Source: Spirochaetota bacterium
GTDB lineage: Bacteria > Spirochaetota > UBA4802 > UBA5550
Direction of reading: 5' to 3'
Assembly (NCBI GenBank): GCA_041749375.1
Contig: JBGTBN010000035.1
Location: 7,016 to 71,015 of the forward strand
DNA: 64,000 bases
Shown here: piece by piece, positions 58,915 through 64,000 of the stretch
Numbering within the stretch: the first letter of the stretch is position 1
Layout: each line of letters starts with the position of its first letter
Position numbers and translations under genes: made by a program
Notes under the pieces: model-generated
The model's database searches: none
What the model saw: the letters and a program-made list of their open reading frames with translations, nothing else
Told to the model about the DNA's origin: nothing

Positions 58915-59529
58915 ATGCCCAAGATAGTCGATCATGATAAGTACCGCAAGGAGCTCGCGGACAAGTGCATGGACCTTTTCAGCAAGAAGGGCTACGCGAA
59001 CGTAACCATGCGCGAGATTTCGAAAGAGCTCGGTGTCTCAACCGGGTCGCTCTACCATTATTTTCCGAACAAGGAAGCGATTTTCGCCCACATGGCCGAC
59101 CACTTGAGCCAGAGCGACGTCGCGAACGTGCTTTCGCGGGTTGACGATTCGTTCGGCGCCAGGGACAGGCTCGAGGTCTATGGAGAGCACTGGGCCACAA
59201 ACCGCGGGTATTATCAGAGCATCCTCCTGCTGGCCATCGATTTCATCAGGAATTACACGGGACAGGACAAGGATATTGTCAAGAAGGAGTACGTGCAGTA
59301 CTACATCGACGCGATGGCGGAGAACCTTGATGTCCCGGAAGAGCTCGCGCGGTATATCTATGTTCACATGATCGGCCTCTTCTATTACGAGCTGATTTTC
59401 CCGGGGAGCGGTGCTTTCAGGAAGCAGCTGGAGCTGTTCATCGATATGTTCATTGCGTATGCGGAAAAGCTGAAGCTTGCGCCCGGGGCGCCTGCTCCTG
59501 ACAAACGAAAGGGCAGGTCCGCCGGTTAA
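58915..59529 (+). CDS. TetR-family transcriptional regulator
   Basis: HTH YRKELADKCMDLFSKKGYANVTMREISKELGVSTGSLYHYFPNKEAIF. Confidence 0.9.
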   Translation: MPKIVDHDKYRKELADKCMDLFSKKGYANVTMREISKELGVSTGSLYHYFPNKEAIFAHMADHLSQSDVANVLSRVDDSFGARDRLEVYGEHWATNRGYYQSILLLAIDFIRNYTGQDKDIVKKEYVQYYIDAMAENLDVPEELARYIYVHMIGLFYYELIFPGSGAFRKQLELFIDMFIAYAEKLKLAPGAPAPDKRKGRSAG

Positions 59530-59589
59530 ATGCGGTATCGTGCCGCGGGATAGCACTGGAATATCCACATTATCGAGGGGGAAGGGATT

Positions 59590-61065
59590 ATGAATAAAGC
59601 CGAGGTTGTAATGCCCGCCGTTGGGGCGGCCGCCGGGAGCGGGTCCTCTCCAACCGGCATTCTGGGAGAGGTGCTGAAGACCAGCACCGCGAACCGTCTG
59701 ATCGGGAGCCTGCTGCCGGAAGTCATAGGTCAGTGGGCCGGCAAAAATCCTCTAAAGAAAATCATCGCCCGGATCGTTGGCCGTATCGTGGGAGGCGGCT
59801 TTGTAAAGAGCGCTGCATCAAAGGACGCGCGTGACCTGCCGTCCCTTCTCTCGGACCCGGAATTTGTCAGGCGCCTCGGCCGGGAGCTTCCCGGGCTCCT
59901 TGACGGAGCGTCGGGAATTGCGGTCTCGCTGGCGAGCGGCATCGAGGGGCTTTCTCCTGAAGAGAAATGCGCGTTTATCGGCGGCCTGCTGTCCGTTCCG
60001 GCGAGGACCGGGCCCGGGAGCGTCCTCACCTCCATGGCGCGGACCATCAACGAGGTGCACGAGCACAATCCGCACTTTTTCGCCGAGACCATGCGCCCGG
60101 CCTTCGTCTCGTTCCTGGAGCGGACCGACTTCGGCGAGCTGAAAGATCTCGTTGATAATTCCGCCGCAGACATCGTAGAGACCGTGCGGATGGTCAACCA
60201 TGAGCTCTGGGAGTACCCGGCGAAAACGGTCTGCATTCTGGGCATGATCCCCTCACTTGTTAATATAGCCGTTGATTCGGTGCGCGAGTCGCTCGCGCCA
60301 ATAAACATGCTGGCCCCCGACCTGCTGTCCGACGTCGTTCTCGCGCTCGTGCACGAGATCGACGGCCCGAAATTCGGGGGCGTCATCAATGAGCTGAGCG
60401 AGCTGGTGCGAAAGGTGCATACCGGGAGCACGCTGATCGGCGAGCAGGGAAAGCCGCAGTTCACGGTCGAGGTGTCCCGGCTGATTTCCGGGGCCATGGG
60501 TGCGGTCGACGTCAACCTGCTTTTAAAAGCCCGCACGCTCCTCGCGGAGATACGGGAGTTGACCCTGGTCACGCTAATTAACCTGCTCGGGCAAAACCCG
60601 GTCCTGGCGCGGGAGTTTTTCCAGGGCCACTTTACGGCCCTGGTCCGGGTCATGAGGAGCTGGAGCCACAAGGCGGACGCCTTCGAGACGCTCTTTACCG
60701 ACGACGAAATAGCGGAGGAGTTCTCCCGGGGGATGCGCGAGATCGACGCGCAACAGCTGGCGGACACGGTCAGCCGCATCTCGGCGCTCTTCAACAAGGT
60801 GCGGAAGCGCACGCCCGGGGTTATCCGGACCACCCTGACCCAGGTAATGAATTCTCTCGACGCGGAGGAGATAGGGGAGACCGCCCGTTGGCTCACCAAC
60901 GACGTGGTCCGGTCGTTCAAGCCGGTTGCATCGGAGGTGCTCCCGCCGATCATACGCGGCGTGGCCGAGCTCCTGTCCCCCGATCAGTATGACGATCCGG
61001 GCGAGCTTGAAGACGCGCTCGCGCTCCTCAGGAAAACTCTGCTCGGTAAAGAGGTGGCGATATGA
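59590..61065 (+). CDS. Hypothetical 491-aa protein, no recognisable motif
   Basis: GGGGGAAGGG SD. Ala/Leu/Glu/Arg-rich and probably helical. Its stop overlaps the next start (ATGA at 61062-65). Confidence 0.7.
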   Translation: MNKAEVVMPAVGAAAGSGSSPTGILGEVLKTSTANRLIGSLLPEVIGQWAGKNPLKKIIARIVGRIVGGGFVKSAASKDARDLPSLLSDPEFVRRLGRELPGLLDGASGIAVSLASGIEGLSPEEKCAFIGGLLSVPARTGPGSVLTSMARTINEVHEHNPHFFAETMRPAFVSFLERTDFGELKDLVDNSAADIVETVRMVNHELWEYPAKTVCILGMIPSLVNIAVDSVRESLAPINMLAPDLLSDVVLALVHEIDGPKFGGVINELSELVRKVHTGSTLIGEQGKPQFTVEVSRLISGAMGAVDVNLLLKARTLLAEIRELTLVTLINLLGQNPVLAREFFQGHFTALVRVMRSWSHKADAFETLFTDDEIAEEFSRGMREIDAQQLADTVSRISALFNKVRKRTPGVIRTTLTQVMNSLDAEEIGETARWLTNDVVRSFKPVASEVLPPIIRGVAELLSPDQYDDPGELEDALALLRKTLLGKEVAI

Positions 61066-62195
61066 AAGAGGAATTCAGGGAAGCGTCGGCGGTCCTCGAA
61101 AATAAATGGGTGAAAAAATGGAAGGAGGGCGGCGGGAAGGTCGTGGGATACACCTGCTCCTACGTCCCGGACGAGATATTTTACGCGGCAGGTATACTGC
61201 CCTACCGGGTACGCGGCTTCGGCGCAGAGGCGATGACAATCGGGGATACCTATTTCGGGCCCTTCATCTGCTCTCTCCCCAAGTGCATGCTGCAGCTGGC
61301 CGGCCAGGGCGGTTTTGATTTTCTCGACGGAGTCATCATAACGCCCGGATGCGATTCCATGCGGCGGCTCGACGAGTGCTGGCGGAAAATGGGCGACGAC
61401 GCCGGTGCGCACATGCCCGCCTTTCATTTCCATTTCGGTGTACCGCACAAGTTCACCGACTACAGCGTTACCTGGTTCATCGAGGAGACGCGGCGGCTGG
61501 TAGCCGAGGTGGAGCGTCATTTTAACGTAACGATAACAAACGAAAAGCTGGGCGAGGCGATACGGGTGCACAACAAAACGCGGCTCCTTCTTGAACGGTT
61601 CGACGCGATCCGGTCGCAGGCCGACCCGCCCATATCGGGTACGGACGCACTCGCGGTGATCCTGGCCGGCACCACCATGCCGCGGGACGATTACAACAGC
61701 CTGCTCGGGGAGCTGGTAGGTGAGCTGGAGCAGGGCGGCGAGCGGCTTGCCGGCCGCGCGCGCCTGATGCTTGTCGGCAGCGCCAGCGACGACGTGGAGC
61801 TGGTCCGCCTGATCGAGGGAGACCGCGCCCTGGTGGTGGCGGACAACCTCTGCTTCGGGACGCGGTTCTACTCGAACCTTGTGAACGAGGAGGGCGATCC
61901 GGTCGAGGAGCTGGCGAAGCGCTCGCTGGCGCACAACGACTGTCCGCGCATGTACGGAGAGTACCGCGATCGGCTGAACCGGCTGATTAACAAGGCCGGG
62001 AAGGCGCGGGTCCAGGGCGTCATACTGCAGAACATACGCTTCTGCGACCTGCACGGCTCCGAGAACGGGCTGTTCGAGCGCGACCTGGAAAAGGCCGGTA
62101 TACCCTGCATGCGCCTGGAGCGGGAGTACGGCCCCATAGTCGAGTCAGGCAGGATGCGTATGCGCATCGACGCATTTCTGGAACGAATCGTATAG
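61062..62195 (+). CDS. 2-hydroxyacyl-CoA dehydratase / benzoyl-CoA reductase family subunit (HgdB/BcrB-like)
   Basis: GGKVVGYTCSYVPDEIFYAAGILPYRV..GVIITPGCDSMRRL are typical of the HGD-D component family. Confidence 0.85.
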   Translation: MKEEFREASAVLENKWVKKWKEGGGKVVGYTCSYVPDEIFYAAGILPYRVRGFGAEAMTIGDTYFGPFICSLPKCMLQLAGQGGFDFLDGVIITPGCDSMRRLDECWRKMGDDAGAHMPAFHFHFGVPHKFTDYSVTWFIEETRRLVAEVERHFNVTITNEKLGEAIRVHNKTRLLLERFDAIRSQADPPISGTDALAVILAGTTMPRDDYNSLLGELVGELEQGGERLAGRARLMLVGSASDDVELVRLIEGDRALVVADNLCFGTRFYSNLVNEEGDPVEELAKRSLAHNDCPRMYGEYRDRLNRLINKAGKARVQGVILQNIRFCDLHGSENGLFERDLEKAGIPCMRLEREYGPIVESGRMRMRIDAFLERIV

Positions 62196-62208
62196 GGAGG
62201 CATGATCG

Positions 62209-63615
62209 ATGAGAAAAGAAACCCGTGAATACAAGTTTGACTGGATGCTCTGGACCATGTTCGATGCAGGGGCAAAAATCAAGAAGGGATTCCCGAAAGA
62301 ATACAGCCACAGCCTGAACTACATGCCCTATTTCCGGGGCGTGATCGAGCCGATGCTGGCCACCGGCGATCCGGGACAGAAGTTCATCGAGTGCTGCGCC
62401 GCGTACCTGGACAACCTGGTCCACTCCCGCGACAAGGGCTTCAAGACCGCCATTACCACGTTCTGTTTCTCGCCGGCGATCCTGTACGCCATGGACATCG
62501 TGCCCGTGTGCCTCGAGATTCTCTCTGTCATGCAGACGCTGACCGGAAAACGGGGGACCGCCGAGCACCTGGACTACTGCAACGAGGTGGGCTACACCGA
62601 GACCTCCTGCTCGTCACAGCGGGGCTCGCTCGGGGGCTACCTGGCGGGGAACGGCGCGGAGATCGACATGATCGTCACCGACACGCCGGGCGTATGCGAC
62701 ACGAACGCGAACGCCTTCGCCTTCGCCGCGGCGTACCTGGACAAGCCGTTTTTTTCACTGGACATGCCGCCGGAGCTGAACGGCGTGCGCTCCGACGCCT
62801 ACCACCTGGGCGACTTCAGGGCGCTTATAGCGTTTCTGGAGAAGCACACGGGGAAAAAGCTCGACATCGACAAGCTCAGGGAGATCATGCAGCGCATTCA
62901 GAAGCAGGACGAGCTCGTGGCCGAGCTCGAGGACCTGGCCCGGCTCAGGCCGAGCCCGATGCCGGTGACCTTCAATTTCATGGTGCACGCGAGCCGGTTC
63001 CTGTTTGCCGGCATGCCCGAGTGCACCGTGTGCCTGGAGTCGATGCTGGCCGTCGCGAAGGAGAACGCGGCTGCCGGACGCTCGGGCCTCTCCAGCGGGG
63101 TCGAGAAGCTCCGGTCGTTCTGGTGCTACATCGATCATTACACGCAGAACCTGCGGCTCTGGCAGATGCTGGAGCGGAACAATATATGCTACCAGGGGAA
63201 CATCCTCTCGCGGTCGTGGGCGGCCAATGCGCCGCACGTGAAGGAATACGGGACAGAGGCCGCGGCGTACGAGCTGGACCTCTCGACCCTCGACAGCATG
63301 ATACTGGGGATGGCTCTTCTGAACTCGCGCATGCCCATGATCAAGTCGATCAGGGGGCCCTATGACGCGAAGAACATGTGGCTTGAGGATACCGTGAACC
63401 TGGCGAAGCTGCACGGCGCGGATTTTATCGTGTACAACGGAACGCCGGGCTGCCGCAACACGTGGGGCATGGTCAAGATGTTCGCACGCGACACGGAGAA
63501 GGCTGGATTTCCCACGTACATCATGTATGCCGACGCGTTCGACGACCGGGTGGAATCGTGGGAGGCGACGCAGGAGCGGTTTGAGGAATTTTTAACGGTA
63601 CGGGGGTTGCTATGA
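62209..63615 (+). CDS. 2-hydroxyacyl-CoA dehydratase / benzoyl-CoA reductase family subunit (HgdA/BcrC-like)
   Basis: GGGAGG SD. AITTFCFSPAILYAMDIVPVCLE..IVTDTPGVCDTNANAF. Confidence 0.85.
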   Translation: MRKETREYKFDWMLWTMFDAGAKIKKGFPKEYSHSLNYMPYFRGVIEPMLATGDPGQKFIECCAAYLDNLVHSRDKGFKTAITTFCFSPAILYAMDIVPVCLEILSVMQTLTGKRGTAEHLDYCNEVGYTETSCSSQRGSLGGYLAGNGAEIDMIVTDTPGVCDTNANAFAFAAAYLDKPFFSLDMPPELNGVRSDAYHLGDFRALIAFLEKHTGKKLDIDKLREIMQRIQKQDELVAELEDLARLRPSPMPVTFNFMVHASRFLFAGMPECTVCLESMLAVAKENAAAGRSGLSSGVEKLRSFWCYIDHYTQNLRLWQMLERNNICYQGNILSRSWAANAPHVKEYGTEAAAYELDLSTLDSMILGMALLNSRMPMIKSIRGPYDAKNMWLEDTVNLAKLHGADFIVYNGTPGCRNTWGMVKMFARDTEKAGFPTYIMYADAFDDRVESWEATQERFEEFLTVRGLL

Positions 63616-64000
63616 TTGTGGCGGGATGCGACGTCGGATCGCTGACATCGAAAGCGGTGATCATGGATGACGGGCGGGTGCTGAACTCGGTCATCATAAA
63701 GTCAAAGGCGCGGCCCTGGGAATCGGCCGACGAGGTCATGAAGGCGGCCCTGGACGGGGCCGGCATTGCCATGAACGACGTGAAGTACTGCGTCGGCACC
63801 GGGTACGGGCGCGACAAGATGAAATTCATAAACGAGGCGATCACGGAGATCGCCTGTCACGGCAGGGGCGCCCGCTGGCTCCTGCCCACGGCCATGACCG
63901 TCATCGACATCGGCGGCCAGGACTGCAAGGCGATGCGGCTGGACAGGGACGGGAAAGTGGTGCGTTTCATGACCAATGACAAGTGCGCGTCCGGGACCGG
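63612..64000 (+). CDS. Activator-type ATPase (BcrAD/BadFG/HgdC family), 3' end outside the window
   Basis: Not in the ORF track because it runs off the edge. My translation is MIVAGCDVGSLTSKAVIMDDG..GTGYGRD..TEIACHGRGA..VIDIGGQDCKAMRLD..FMTNDKCASGT. The ATG overlaps the upstream stop (ATGA). Confidence 0.85.
   Translation, partial: MIVAGCDVGSLTSKAVIMDDGRVLNSVIIKSKARPWESADEVMKAALDGAGIAMNDVKYCVGTGYGRDKMKFINEAITEIACHGRGARWLLPTAMTVIDIGGQDCKAMRLDRDGKVVRFMTNDKCASGT

Noticed and set aside
59730-62054. Minus-strand ORFs of 407 and 356 aa opposite ORF 59590 and the first dehydratase subunit
   Set aside because: They have no motifs or SD and a Ser/Arg-rich composition. The + strand genes are translationally coupled in a coherent operon. 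For 59590, the + strand call rests on operon context, the SD and the less biased composition, so it is less certain than the others.

Overview
This 64-kb window comes from a GC-rich, flagellated, diderm bacterium (line 12001-12060 has 36/60 G+C). The radical-type dehydratase genes suggest an anaerobe. By eye I found no rRNA, tRNA, CRISPR array, transposase or integrase. Layout: (i) 1-13.3 kb holds the 3' part of coaE, a small Cys-rich ORF, a MarR regulator with a GMC oxidoreductase that runs in frame into a lipoprotein-like module, a TetR regulator, an Fe-S protein, a CPBP protease, a membrane AraC regulator, a multi-TM PAS-PP2C sensor, a second GMC operon, and a PilJ-type sensor with only a Cys4 tail. 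(ii) 14.1-16.8 kb is an AT-rich island (line 14941-15000 has 17/60 G+C) with an orphan Rhs C-terminal tip carrying an M23 peptidase toxin, an SH3 lipoprotein that may be its immunity protein, and a VapBC-like pair. (iii) 16.8-39.8 kb is a one-strand acyl-CoA cluster with five thiolase-fold proteins, most with degenerate catalytic motifs, matched 1:1 by five DUF35 modules. Two of the DUF35 modules sit in unusual fusions (SCP2-SCP2-DUF35 and DUF35-BKACE). The cluster also encodes a CoA ligase, a CoA transferase, a crotonase, a MaoC hydratase, three ACADs and two regulators. (iv) 39.8-44.7 kb on the minus strand holds a di-haem peroxidase, a Tat metallophosphoesterase, a monohaem cytochrome c and two paralogous OM beta-barrels. 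(v) 45.1-54.1 kb holds flgB-flgC-(53-codon ORF)-fliE-fliF-fliG-fliH-fliI-fliJ, an SLT gene and a YlxF-like gene, punctuated by large structured repeats. (vi) Next come a GGDEF gene, engB, rimI and a crotonase. (vii) The window ends with a third GMC, a TetR, an unknown 491-aa protein translationally coupled to two 2-hydroxyacyl-CoA-dehydratase/benzoyl-CoA-reductase-family subunits, and an activator ATPase that runs off the edge. The best candidate for an undescribed system is the multiplied thiolase-fold/DUF35 toolkit and its fusions. All family calls rest on motifs read by eye; no database search was possible.
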